Assembly (NCBI GenBank): GCA_951804945.1
Contig: OX638150.1
Coordinates: 62,682,001 to 62,746,000 of the forward strand
DNA length: 64,000 nucleotides
Source: Podarcis cretensis
Lineage: Eukaryota
Reading direction: 5' to 3'
Shown here: piece after piece, positions 51,402 to 64,000 of the stretch
Layout of the letters: the number at the start of each line of letters is the position of its first letter
Numbering within the stretch: position 1 is the first letter of the stretch
Made by a program: the position numbers and the translations under genes
Notes under the pieces: model-generated
Seen by the model: only the letters and a program-made list of their open reading frames with translations
Databases searched by the model: none
What the model was told of the DNA's origin: nothing

Positions 51402-53133
51402 CCAATTGCTTGATACTTGGGAGACAGTCCTATTGTAAAAGCTAGCTTATAAACTAAGAATATGCAGTATAGAGATAAGAGCAAAAAAAGATTTTATTTG
51501 CTATAGTTTGGTATGATTTTATTAACTATATCAATGATTTAAAAAAATGAGAAAGACCCCCTCCAAAAAAATGTATACAACTTGATATGGCAAATTTAGT
51601 AAGATGCAATGGTCAATCTTTATGGTAGCTTTGAATCAGTACAATGTCTAATTGTGCCTCTACATGTATCAGAAAGGCAAAGAGGCTGGCAATCTCTGTC
51701 CTCTTCATAGCTTCTCATAGAATCTTCCAATATTTACTGGAACTAAAGGATACTACCATACACCTTGAGTGCCAGACACATCAATCAGCATTGTAAAGGA
51801 CACAGACAACCATGTCAGCAAGTTTAATTGTCAATAGTTGTCCATTATCATCTGTCATCTATGATCAGTTATTTAGAATCCATTTCTAATGTATATTTTT
51901 CTCAAGCTGAGGACTCTGAATATATATGCTGGAAAGTCTCCATGGCATAATGAAAAGCAATTTAAGAGTAATTTCAAGCTTATACAAATCACTTATTTAA
52001 AAATATGTGATCTGAAGTCATTTATGTCATTTCACAATCGTACAAAAGGTTACTATATAAAATGTTTTCTCTTTTCAATAAAGTGCCAAATTCACTTTAT
52101 TCACATCAACCTAGTCTATTTCAAATTCAAGTACCTTCTCTGTACTGACAACCATCCTCTACCTTAGCTCACTCACAATGAATTCTGAACTTCTTGGGTG
52201 CAGTGAATTTGCTATGCTTTCCAGTTTTTCAAGCAACCACATTCAAAGATCATCTGGCTCAGAACATTTAGAGCTAAGCCACTTAAACTTAATATTATTT
52301 AGAATCTGATCTAACATTGCATGCAAAACTGCTATCTAAGGTCTTGTCTTTCAAGTTGGTTAATTCTTTTTTTATTCAGTGGTGGTGTTCAATGCCTACA
52401 GCACAGGTGATGCTGTAATACTCAAGTACTCAACAAGTTGCTGTAATGCTCTAATACTCAACAAGTAGTGGATTATTTGGAGAAACTGGTCTGTCCCACA
52501 AAACATGCAGAAAATGGGATTTCACCATCCTATTAAGTATCCTTCCTAGTCCTTCCAAGAGCTTCCAATGAAGTATGCAACTGCTTATTTTCTGGTAGCT
52601 ATTGTACCTGCTAAAGCAAAATCTTCTGCATTTTCTATGTGTTATGTGTGAGAAACTTTTGAGGTTACACCTGGCAAACTTGCATAGTTGTGCTAATTAG
52701 AGAAAAATAGAAATCCCCAGGTGTCATCTTTTGAGCTACAGGAAATAGACTTGGCAGAAAAGCATGTAAGCTGAAGCAACACTGTGCTCAGACAGTTGCA
52801 ATTTATTTTGGGTGGGGAAGTAATTTCAGTCCACAGAATTTTGGAGCATAATCCACTCCAAAGGAGAATCTAAATCTCAAAGTAGTACAGTACTCTGTAT
52901 AACACTGCAACATCTTGGTTACCAGCTAGCAGACAGTGCTGATCAGATGCTTCTTGTTACAGATAGCTCTCTTGACCTTTACCACTCTGGAAATATCCAC
53001 ACCTGAGATGTACACATTATATAAATTTCAGGGGTGGAGGGAATCAAACATGCCTCTAACTGAATTGCAGGTGCACTTTTCTGTAAACAAGTTTCCCTGA
53101 AACACCTTTTCTTGACTACTTAAATACAGAATC

Positions 53134-53505
53134 GGGACGCAGGTGGCGCTGTGGGTTAAAGCCTCAGCGCCTAGGGCTTGCCGATCGAAAGGTCGGAGGT
53201 TCGAATCCCTGCGGCGGGGTGCGCTCCCGCTGCTCGGTCCCAGCGCCTGCCAACCTAGCAGTTCGAAAGCACCTCCGGGTGCAAGTAGATAAATAGGGAC
53301 CACTTACCAGCGGGAAGGTAAACGGCGTTTCCGTGTGCGGCTCTGGCTCTGGCTCTGGCCAGAGCAGCGATGTCACGCTGGCCACGTGACCCGGAAGTGT
53401 CTCCGGACAGCGCTGGCCCCTGGCCTCTTAAGTGAGATGGGCGCACAACCCCAGAGTCTGTCAAGACTGGCCCGTACGGGCAGGGGTACCTTTACCTTTA
53501 CCTTT
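53134..53505 (+). mobile_element. Sauria SINE, young subfamily
   Basis: Full copy; 14-bp TSD ttaaatacagaatc (53120-53133, 53506-53519). Confidence 0.95.
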
Positions 53506-53847
53506 TTAAATACAGAATCATCCAGCCCATGTGACAATCTGTATCACTTCAGATTACAAATGGATGGATGAAATGGTGAAAGCTCACATATTACAAAACT
53601 GCACAAATGGGTTGGTAAAGAATGTTGGTCACCAATGAAAGGAACCTGTCAGTGAAATGAAGGAAGATGGCAATTCCCTTCCCCACTACACGTCCCATGC
53701 CATCATCTGTTTGAGGATCCCTAATCCCCTGAAGCAGATGTGGCGGGGGGGGGGGCAGAGAGCTATGAGAGGGAGGAGAATTGCCCCCCTCCATTGCCTC
53801 CCTTCCTCATTCTGCTAGCAGATTCCTTCTGGAGTTCTAATCATCCA

Positions 53848-54000
53848 TGGAGCTCACTGGGTGACCTTGCACCAGTCACTGTTTCTCAACCCTATCTCAC
53901 AGGGTTGTGAGGATAAAAAGGGGAGAGGAAGAACCATATACATCACTATGAGCCTCTTGAAGGAAAGGTGGGATATAAATGCAATAAACAAATAAAATAA
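53848..54000 (+). mobile_element. Old squamate SINE 3' half (MIR/Squam3-like)
   Basis: ctcactgggtgaccttg..cagtcac..tcacagggttgtgaggataaa...gggatataaatgcaataaa; a related decayed copy at ~57470-57670. Confidence 0.6.
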
Positions 54001-54069
54001 ACATCTAATCTGAGTTTATATAACTGAAGTTTGGTAGATATTTTTAAAAAATAAACAAGCTAGTAAACA

Positions 54070-54515
54070 CTGGTTTAGTCATGTCCACAGAATGAAAGAT
54101 GGCAGGATCCCAAGGACGTGCTCTAATGGGAGCTGGCTTCAAGCACCAGGCCTGTTGACAGAACCAACTCTGCATTGCAAAGATGACTGCAAATGTGACA
54201 TAAAGGCTGGTAACATCAACCCTGCTGTGTGGGAATCCCTTGCATATGACAGCAGTGCCTGGAGACAGTCAGTCAGGTTGTGTATCCACAGCAGTGACCA
54301 GAGAAGGAATAGGACCTCTGAGAGGAGCACAGAGAGAAGAAAAGCCATGGGGCATCAGCCTCAGCACAACTGGGTGCCTTCATCTGCCTCAGCTGCAACA
54401 AAACACATCTCATCCATACCAGTGTCTCTACAGCCACAGCAGGTGCTGTAACTCTTCAACAATTTGACTTCACCCCCAAAAGGACACTCCTCCACTGTCC
54501 CCTCAGACAGACAGA
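54070..54515 (+). mobile_element. Degenerate RTE-clade LINE 3' fragment
   Basis: Remnants HVHRMKDGRIP..., WESLAYDSSAWR, LYSHSRCC typical of RTE ORF C-termini. Confidence 0.7.
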
Positions 54516-57500
54516 TGCTGTACACCAAAAGAAGTAAACTCCTGATATAATAGATTCAATGCAGGCATTTCCTTAACACAGCAATGTTGTTCAATTTTAA
54601 GCTTATTTGGAAGTACAGTACTGTAAAACTGTTGCAATGGAACTTATTTCAGAGTTGGTTGTATTGCATATTAGTTTACTCACTATCTTTTGAAAAAGAG
54701 AAACCAGGCGGACCATAAATGTGCAAACATCCCACTATCACAGTGGATTCAAAAGGTAATATTTTGTTGCAGGTCCACTTGTATTGCAAAAATGCTGTAT
54801 CAGTATAAAGAGAAAAGACAGAAGCAGCACTAACACCTAGCAGCATACATTGCCTTCCCCTCACAATTACAATATCAAATTAACAATTTCATGTAAACAT
54901 TCAGGTTAGTTCCCTGATGAACGTATTTTGTTTCCTCTCATTCTCAGTTTTACCACAAAACTGGGGACATGTATTAGATTTAACGGAATGTGTGTTCTCT
55001 GTGAAAAAATGTTTTTGAGAACTCATTCCTATTTTACAGGAATGTCTCAAAAATGTTGATTGTTGTGATTCTAAGCCAATGATAGGGAACCTGTGCCTCT
55101 ACTGATGTTCTTGGACTCCCATCAGCACTAGCCAGTACGACCAATCATCAGGTAATAAAGGAAATAAAAGAGCTGGGAGTCCAATAGGTTCCCCATCTTG
55201 ACTGAAATTCTTCCGACAGATGCAACACAGATTATGGCCTTTCCCCTCAGTTATCAGTTTCAACAGTCACCCAAGTTCTGCCTACAACTGAAATTTACTG
55301 AAGAATACGGAAGTACAATTTGCTTAATTCAAAGAGGAAGCAGCAGTGACTGCTCAGCAGTTATTTGCTTATAGTTAACAAATTAGCATTGTGCAACAAC
55401 TTACTCTTTTCCTCTCCAAAATGCTTGAACTGAAATAAATGTTTATAACATCCACCTGCTAATATCAAAAACCTTGCCCAAAGTATCAAGCAATATGACT
55501 ACAGTACATGTGGTGGTTTTCACAGCACTGTGGAGAAAATATGTCCTAAAAAGCTTAGAACTAGAACACACATTTATAAATTGAAACAGTTTAAAATTAG
55601 GCTACTTTGGATTGGCAGTATCAGAACATTTAGTCACCTGAGGCTCAAAGTACTTGTTATGAGGAGTTCTACAATTCTTTCATCCTTGTGCTGGTTAAAC
55701 ACAAAGTAGTCTGGGATAAGGTGGCAGGGGTGGGGAGCTGCTTAATTCTTTCTCATTCAGTAGTTGTTTTAGCTCAATATAATACATGCTCAGCTCCTTT
55801 TTTAAGTTGTGATAGAAAAGATGTAGGGTTCCCATATGTTTTCCCCCTATGGAAGGAAAGTAGCTTGGGGAAGGCAGTTGTGAGCAAAATGACTAGAGGG
55901 GAAGAGGAAGCAGTAAAGCAGGTCTCCCCAGGCACCTTTTCCCACAGACACAAGTTTGCCCCAGGCTACTTTGGGAATAAAACAAAAGTAGAAATGACAT
56001 TTTTAATGTATTTCATTTTTCCTCTAAGTTTTAAAGCATCTTATGCGGGGGTTTTTTGTCTATCTGGTTTTAAGTTGCTCTGGGTTGCCCTGGGCAAGAT
56101 AAAGTGACGAACAAATTCAATAAATAATAAGAGGAAAAAGAGGAACAAGAAAAAAATAATAGAATTTACTTAACATAGTTAAAATCTATGATACATAAAT
56201 ACTTTTAGAATAGCTTTTTGTTGCCAGCATGTGCATGCGAGTGCAAATATTTCTGCTTCTGAACTATATTATATGTAAATATGGGATGAGATCAACGTGA
56301 CCAACATTTTAACAACCTTCATATCACCCTCAAACCAGTTACTCCATTCATGACATCACATAAGAAGTATAACATATTCACCAGCTGTGTTCTGTCATCT
56401 CTTATGTTCCTTTTATCTTCACTTCTCACTTCCCTCTGTAGCCCCCTAGCCTCGTGCTGTGGCCCCCCATTTGTGTGATTTTCACCTGTAGCCCCCTTGG
56501 AATATCCTGGGGCCTCCCGGGGGCCATATGGCCCCCAGATAGGAAACACTGGTTTACACAAATAGCTGCTCTCTAAAAATCCACACATCCATAAAAAACA
56601 ACTAAAGCTTCACTGTGATGGTTCTGCTACAATACTACTTACTTCTGACAAAAACACCAGTTACACCAAGGCCAACCCAGAACTAGCTTCAGCTGTAATT
56701 TTTGCCAGATAACCCACTCCAGTTCTATTCCAGTAAAAAATCTTCATAAATACCAATATGTTTGGGGCCTTTATAATTTTCCTTTGCTTAAAATTAGAGT
56801 ATCTCTGTTATCTAATCTTGAAGATAATGGTTTCCTTCAATTTGAATAAAGTTTTCCTTAAATTTGATTTATTAAACAAAAACTATCTGACAACATTTTA
56901 AAGATTTTCCTGATACATAACAATTTATGGATTAGGATTCATCACATCATATATTATTCAAATTATTTTTTCCACAGCAAACATTAGATACTGTCTGAAA
57001 TACTTTTCCAAAGGAAAACTATGTCAGGGAATATCTAATGTTTTTACAAAACACAAAAAACCCCTCTACAGTATTTCAAAGAACAAGAAGTAGAGATCTG
57101 CATCACACTTAACAGCCTTCCCCAACTTGGTACCCTTCAGGTAGAATGAGAAATACATACAAGAACACTATATAAAATTATTATAATAAAACAGCAGTAA
57201 AAAGATTTAGGAGTTTACCTGGAAATGGAAATGTGCAAATAATCTTAATACTCTTACAAATTGCAAATGCCTTCACAACTAGAGTTTATTCATGAAATTC
57301 AATTCAGTCATTTACTTAACAAGTGCAATAATTTCAGTGCACTACAACACATATCCATAATCTTTACTACCTATACCAAAGTTCAGGGACGGTAACTTTG
57401 ATGCCAATGTCATTTACCTCAAGAACCTGGACTTCCTATGGAAATAAAAATGATCCTTAATCACAATGAATGTGGTATCATGGTTAGACTAGGACCCCTG

Positions 57501-60500
57501 AGACCAGTGTTCAAAACCATTAAACCATTAAACTAAGTGGCCCAGTCTCAACCTCTCAACCTGGTTGTTGTGTGAATTAACAACCTGTGAATTAAATAAG
57601 GAGGGAGAGAAGCATGTACACCATCTTCAGCTACTTGGAGAACATGGTATATAAATGCTACAAATAAATACTAAAGATCCATTCTTCTCAGAGATTATTC
57701 ACACAGGCATAGTAACAGATCAAGAAACGTGCAAGTGCCAGCCCATCTCCACCTGGCGGTATGCATCTGCTCCTATGCACAGGCCCAACTTTTGCTTTAC
57801 CACCACAAAATGTCACTTGAACATTTACTGTGGATGTAGAAGGTTGAACTTTGCATTTAGCAGATGTACACAACACACTGGCAAACAATTTCAAGTGCCT
57901 TTCCTACTCTTACTATGTGTGTTAAGAGTGTATTCATTTTCACAGTTGACTCACAACAGTGAATGCATGATATAAAAGGGTCACCTGGTACAACTATTGA
58001 GATCAGACATATTCATGTTAACCGACACTCAAAATACTAAAAATAAGCTACATACAGCAGCTTACATGCCTATTCTGAAATGTGTGACTTCAATTTCACT
58101 CTCATATTAACTGCTTAAAGACAATGCATCTGATATAGAACAGCCTAAATAGAGCAACACACAAGAAAAAAAAGTAGTAGTTAATGGCTGCTGTGTATTT
58201 AGCTTTCCCAGTAATATTGGACTAGGTTGGTAAATGATCATGACACCAAATTTTAATGATTATACCATTTTTAAACTGCAGTAATTTGGAGGGGTGAAAT
58301 TTCATAACCTATAATGCTGACTAACTGAAAATAGTCGTTTTCTATTTTAAAATAAAACAACTTTGCTAGCAGTCTGTAAGCTGTTTAGCCACACTATTTT
58401 CCATTCAGTATCAGAAAAGTAGCATACAAACAGATGAAAGAATTGTTTTAAAACAGTTTTAAAATTCTTTAAATAAAATAAAGCCAACTGGAATAGGGGT
58501 TCAGTAAAAAAAAGTGCCCCTAACAATTATTCAAGTTCTGCCTTTTTTATTCCACCCCTCCCCCAAATAAGGAGAAACCTACTCCTGTGATGGAAAGAGG
58601 AAGTGATGGAAAGAGTGATGGAAAGAAGAGTCAAAATAGATAATTTCAGAGACGTAAACTGTCCTTCAGAGGCACAAACTGTCCATATGAGAGGTATGAA
58701 ATGTCACTAATTTGTGGACCTCATACTTACACCCCACTCTTCCCAAATGGTACAGTGCAGGAGCACTCTGTGTTCTACTTCTTATTATTTCTGAATTGCT
58801 GTCCATGTACAAGATGCTATTCACCATGGTCCCCCACCTTTCGGTTTGGAGAACTACTGTATATTTATACAGACTTTAGAGTTATCAATACGTTTATGTC
58901 ACTTAGTTCTTGTCCTGCAAATGTTCACTCTGTCTGGCTAGAGTTGGAGACTGGATGCAGACAAGCTAACTAAAGCTGAATCCAGATAAATAATTGTGGC
59001 TGAAAATGCTTTGTGCCCTATTCCTTGGACATTCAGATATACCTGGACCTAAATTGTACTATCAATAGGTCCTTAACAGTCAAGACAGCATAAAACGAAG
59101 AACATCTATAACCTCAAACAACTACGTATTGTTTTCTATTAAATTTGTTCCAAATAATCTTTTTAAATGTTTAGGGCATGTCATTTTCAGCATGCACGTA
59201 ATGTTAGTTTCACAGGACGAAAAAGGAAAACCCTACAGTATTTAGATGAATTACGCAAGGTTTTAAGCAAACTGTTAACATGCAAAGAGCACAAAAGAAG
59301 AAGAAAATTAAACAGAAGGTGAGGTATGAAGAAAAAATAGGAAGTAGAAAATGATACAGGCCTAAGGCTGCAATACTATACACATAAACCTAAGAGTAAG
59401 TCCTACAATGAGACTTGCTTATGAGCAGACATACATAAGATCACATAACTCAGAGTACTGACACTTAACTGCATAGAAGTACTAAATTAGAACCTATTCA
59501 CCACTAAACGCTTACATGTCCTAATTGCAATTAAAAAAATTAGTTACATAGCACTTTCCACTTTACAATAGCGATAACACTGCATACTTAATGTATGTCT
59601 TATGCTTACATTCCAGAGCAACCATTTTTTCTAAGCAAGTTTTCAACTGTGACAAAAAATCAAGCTACTGTGTATAAGAATCTGTTAAATATATACAAAG
59701 CACTCTTACACAACTTAAAACAAATCTTAAGCATCCGTTTATGATATTAGGTAGAATAGAACTTTATTGCTCCAAGGTCTTTCAGAACTAAAAAGCTACC
59801 CAAGAGACTGTCAGGTTGAGATTTAAAAAAAAAAGACTTACCCATGTGTCTAAATTAATGTAACAGTAATTAATGGATTAACTTTCAAAGGACTAGGAAA
59901 AATATTCTTTTTATAGAGAGCTGCTATTGGCAGAACTGCCTGTTCTAGATGGAACTTCACTTTAAAGCAAGTTAAACACTAAAGCTAAGACTGACTGGCC
60001 TTAGTCTCATCTTCGTTTTCGAGGGCCAGATGGCATCCACAGTCAGATTGCTTGCAATTAGTTCCCTGATATGTTGCTTACCTCCTTAGAGGGAAGAACT
60101 TTGCCACTATTATCATTCAAACCTGGAAGGCTGTAGAAATTTGCAGCAGATGCAGAAACCATCATTCTTGCCTGTTGGCTGAAACTAGTGTGATACCATA
60201 CTAGATTCTTATGTGGGAGGCTTAGAATCAATCTTGTGTTCAATGCCCTTGAATACTCACAAAGAGCCATTTCACACATTACACAGCAGCAAACTCAGAT
60301 TTACTTCAGAAGGGCAACTTGACAGGCAGCTCCCAGCAGGCTGAAAAGGAGTGCCTATGATACATGCGTTTTCAACATGTGTGTATGTATTTTAGGTGTA
60401 CACCTAAAAAAATGTGTAAAATTGTACTACATTCACCCAAATGTACTTCACAGGTCAGTCCACGAACTGCCTTTCATAGTTACCAATTGCTTAAATAAGG

Positions 60501-60650
60501 AATTACTGAAACCCAACCAGAACCAATGGGCAAGGGAGGAGGCAGAGGGTTTGATAGTTTTTGTGAAAATTTTAATGTGCACTGTAAGGAAAGCTTAACA
60601 AACCAAAGCCTCATTTAAACTAAAGAGAAAGAACCAAAGGAAATCCTTAC

Positions 60651-60909
60651 CTCCATTGATTGGCAGAGGTGCCAAAAGTTGGCCTCTGACAGCTACTTTG
60701 GGAGAATCTTGTCCATAGCGCCCACGCTCAAGTATCAGCAAAGTAGGTGTTGAACGATCAGGACTCAGTACAGTCACATTTATGAGGGCTGTATAATATG
60801 CTTGACTAGCATTATCTGCACTAGCTGGAAGAGTGTAACAATTAAACAGGACCAAAATGGGCACAGAGGATAAATAGCTCCAATAAGGCAAAACCCACTT
60901 TAGGAACAT
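60651..60909 (-). CDS. RNF130: RNF130 first coding exon (259 nt): signal peptide and N-terminal lumenal region
   Basis: MFLKWVLP...[19 protein letters not shown]...[26 protein letters not shown] resembles human [17 protein letters not shown]...RGRYGLDSPK; donor G|gtaagg. Confidence 0.92.
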
Positions 60910-61289
60910 TTTCAGCCCTAAAAAATGTAAATTTTATCTTCAAAACGTCTCTTGAACAAAAGATTATTGTGTGCATAAATTCATGTTATTCCATATCACA
61001 ATAAAAAGGAATTAGAATCGCTACAAGAAGCAAGAGAGCCACCCTGGGTGCCTAGTCCTTTCCATACATTCAGCCACCGGAGGAAGCTTAAAATGATATG
61101 GATGGTGGGGGAAAGGAGATTTTTAAAAAAATATATCGCGTTTTAAAAGGTGGAAACGAATCAGAACGAAGAAGCCGGGATAATAACCTAAGCCTTAGAG
61201 CAGCTGCAAGGAAGACGACACACAACAGCTTATTCGAAGGAGACGAGGAAGAGGGGGAGGCAGTGGGATCCAAATGCTTTAAAAGCAGA

Positions 61290-62280
61290 GGATGGGGCTT
61301 CAGAGGCCGAGCAGTCCGTCACTCGATTCCCGAAGAGAGGGGCAGCTCTGAGCCTGCCCGCTCCCCTCCTGGGGCTTCGCTTTCTGCCAAGGAGATGGAT
61401 GAAGGTAGGCAGAGAAGCGCAGGTGGCGGCGGCCGCTCCGGCGGGGCTTCGTATCTCCGGGGGCGGCCGCGGGGAAGGAGCGGTCGACAGTCTCGTCCGA
61501 GGGGGGGGAAGCAGTCACTCAGCGTCGCCGCTCCACCCGAGGGGCACAGAGAGACAGAGAAGGCGAACGGTGCCGCCGCTTCCAGGACAGCCTGCGGCTC
61601 GGCAAGGAGAGCGCTTCGGCGCCGCCGCTTCGGCCGCCCCGGAGCCTTCGGCCCTCCTCAGGCTTGCTGTCGGGTCCCGAGGCGAAGCCCAGTTTCGCGC
61701 GCAGCCTCCACAGACCCTCCCCAGCCCCAGGCGGTCGACTGCGGCGGAGTCAGGAGCCGCGGAAGCTCCATGGAGGCCGACTCGGCTCCGGCCGCTTCGC
61801 GAGTCCCTCCTCTTCCTCTTCCCACCCCACCCCCCTCGCTCAGTCCGGCCGCGCGACCAACAGCCGAAAGGGAGCTCGCGGCGCCAGCAGCCCCACCCAC
61901 CGAGCAACCGTCAAGCCTTTCCCTTTCCCCCCTCAGCTTGGAAACAACGGCAGCCGGCAGCGCCCGGGCGGGTTCTTACGGCGGAACCACCAACTGCAAC
62001 CTGCCGGGTAGTTTCTCGCGCCGCGTGCGCAGGCGCAGTGCGCCAACCCGTTGCTCGCCCTCGTCCTCTCCCCCTCCTCCCCCCACGCACCGCCACGAGG
62101 AGGTGGGAGGGAACTCGAGTGGAAAGTCACACCCACTCCTAGGGGAGGGTGCGCGAGCGTTACAGTCAGGGACTGAGGCAGCGGAGGCGGGGCTAGTTTA
62201 AAAATAGTTGGGTTGCGCTGGATTCTGAGGGAGAGGCGGCAGCGCGGTCGCTGTTCTTGGGGAGCTGAACCGTCGAAAAG
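61290..62280. promoter_or_regulatory. CpG island / promoter and probable 5' UTR of RNF130
   Basis: ~1 kb GC/CpG-rich block upstream of the ATG; NRF1-type TGCGCAGGCGCA at 62026-62037; GC box GAGGCGGGGC near 62184. Confidence 0.85.
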
Positions 62281-62824
62281 GGAAAAGGCAGCCAGGCTCA
62301 GGGACAGCTGTGCATGCGAACTAGCTCCACATCTATATGTATCTTCCTTATATTGCTTTACTACAACCCTTCCCCCCTCCACACACTCATTGGACACTGA
62401 GGCAGGACTGGTGTGTGTGTGCTCCCAATAGAAACTGACCCTTTCTCCTCCGCCGTTACCAGTCGATCGAAGCTGAGTGTCATTATTATGCCCTCTTCCG
62501 AGGGAGCGAAAGCAGGGCAGCAACACCCGTCATGTCCCCCTCAAGCAAATCACTCCTTCGCTCAGTCCGTTTACCTCACACCGGCCATTCCATTTCCCAG
62601 CCATAAGCCCCCTTTTCCTTCCCGCATTATGCTGTGCCTTCCACACGTTGACATAATAGTTAACGACACTCCACTCCTCCCCGTCATTTTAGGAGGAAAT
62701 TGCCTCACAGATTCACTTCTCTGATGAGAGCTAGAAATCCCCTCAGGTTACGCGCAACCCACATTTCTCTGGGACCCAAGTCCCCTCAAGTCCGCATAAT
62801 TCACCTTGCCTTGCTCCGGCGGAA

Positions 62825-62990
62825 GGGCCAAAATCAGTGCTAAAGCTGCACATTCAGAAGGTCCCGGGTCCAGCCTCTTTCATCTCCAGGTAAGGCTGGG
62901 AAATATTCCTTTCTGAAACCCTGCAAAGATTTTGCCGGTTGGTGTAGACCAGGAATACATGCCAGAGGTCGGTGAAGCCTGAGATCCCTC
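62825..62990 (+). mobile_element. Decayed tRNA-derived SINE (Squam2-like)
   Basis: cagaaggtcccgggtcc...catctccaggtaaggctgggaaa...ctgaaaccctg; a related remnant at ~24735-24910. Confidence 0.5.
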
Positions 62991-63047
62991 TTGCATAGAC
63001 ACACAAACAGCTTTCCCCCAATCCCTCTTTCTCACGCACGGGCTAAG

Positions 63048-63048
<1 letters not shown>

Positions 63049-63089
<41 letters not shown>
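63049..63089. repeat. (TG)n microsatellite
   Basis: About 20 units, ~0.8 kb upstream of the RNF130 CpG island. Confidence 0.95.
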
Positions 63090-63090
<1 letters not shown>

Positions 63091-64000
63091 GGGGTCTCAT
63101 GAGGGTCATTTGCCTGGGCGTCAAGATTTCTTCTGCACCTCCTTCTGATATGCCTATGTATTAAGTTGTTGGTGAGTGCATAGTGTAAGCACGTCTCTTC
63201 TGGCTCCTTTTTAATAAGTTAAAACCTCATATGCCAAGTTACATTTCATTGGGGTTAAATGTGGCTTAAGCCATATCCTCATAGAAGAGAAACTTTTTGT
63301 CCCACTGGCAATATGCTGGCCAGACAGTGGATTCACAAAAATGTCAAGCTACAGAAGCTGCCAATTTACCCTCTGCCAGTCTATCTACTGTATATAGCAC
63401 CTTCTGCTCTGCCCCTCTTGATTCAAAGGGAAGAGCCTGGACTGTATCACCAGCTGCCAAAACCAGAAGAGACTTCCTGACATATGCCAAATATATCCTT
63501 AATTATATTGTACCTTTATGTGGGTTTTAACTGGAACCTGGTGTGAGAGCCAATCCTGACTGAAAAGCAGTACATAAATAAGTTAATATTATGTAGTGCA
63601 ATCCCATGTATTTTGCTTAGAAGGGACTCTTATCTAGTTACTTAGGAGTAATACAATTAAACACAGTATAATTTACTTATGAGTAAATGCACTTAGAATT
63701 GCACTGTGATTCATTTTACTAAATATAAACATCCCATTCTTGTTATACCTTGTATCATCAACCAGCTTTTCCTCTCTTGGTGCTTAGTAGTCCTTCATTG
63801 TGACTACTGTATTGAGAGTGTGGAGAATGAACACATTTACTTCACAGCAGAAGAATGGGCTTAGCATGTGTTTCATCTACATCCACATGTTTCATACATA
63901 CAGAATACTCATTTGGCTATTATGGGTGCACATTTTTCAATGTTGGGGTTAAAGATTCATCTCCATCTTGGTCATACACCGATCAATATTTCATAGATGA

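Larger units (their letters stand above)
27571..60909 (-). other. RNF130: RNF130 (Goliath) gene model: signal peptide, PA domain, TM, RING-H2; two alternative 3' ends, each giving 422 aa
   Basis: Shared exons 60651-60909, 50384-50575, 47536-47786, 40354-40425, 39554-39636, 37590-37686, 36772-36976 (1159 nt), then either 34331-34424 + 32160-32175 or 27571-27680 (110 nt each way). Confidence 0.95.

Noticed and set aside
48082-53571. Duplicated small ORFs (MRLWLWLWPEQR..., MTDSGVVRP..., MASVTSLLWPEPEPE...)
   Set aside because: Translations of the two near-identical Sauria SINE copies, not genes
58587-58626. Three copies of gtgatggaaaga
   Set aside because: Simple local slippage duplication with no supporting context
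3103-60909. Alternative identification as the paralogous pairs TBC1D8B/RNF128, TBC1D9/RNF150 or TBC1D8/RNF149
   Set aside because: Peptides such as [44 protein letters not shown] and EITKHWEWLENNLLQTL fit RNF130 and TBC1D9B specifically
61098-62201. 367-aa and 247-aa plus-strand ORFs and overlapping minus ORFs
   Set aside because: Low-complexity Arg/Pro/Ala/Gly translations expected from a stop-poor CpG island; no recognisable domain

Overview
Vertebrate (squamate, probably lacertid lizard) genomic DNA, not prokaryotic. Two spliced genes lie on the minus strand in the same tandem order as human 5q35.3. (1) A complete RNF130/Goliath PA-TM-RING E3 ligase gene: CpG island ~61.3-62.3 kb, ATG at 60909, 7 shared coding exons, then two alternative 3' ends (exons 8+9 ending ...ANETEWY* at 32160, or one distal exon ending ...MYDENKT* at 27571). 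(2) The first 7 coding exons (419 codons, both GRAM domains) of the Rab-GAP TBC1D9B: ATG at 14181, CpG island ~13.8-14.7 kb, with the rest of the gene running off the left edge. All exon boundaries were read by hand as GT-AG with consistent phases. Introns and intergenic DNA carry five Sauria SINEs, other tRNA-derived SINEs, L2/CR1/RTE/L1 fragments, Tc1/mariner and hAT MITEs, a probable solo LTR and microsatellites. Best leads: a ~99%-identical inverted Sauria SINE pair bracketing the frame-preserving RNF130 exon 2 (candidate circRNA/skipping/A-to-I stem), two equal-length alternative RNF130 C-termini with opposite predicted topology, and a remodelled RNF130 5' end. Gene and repeat names come from recalled sequences, not database searches. 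I found no evidence for a wholly novel protein-coding system.
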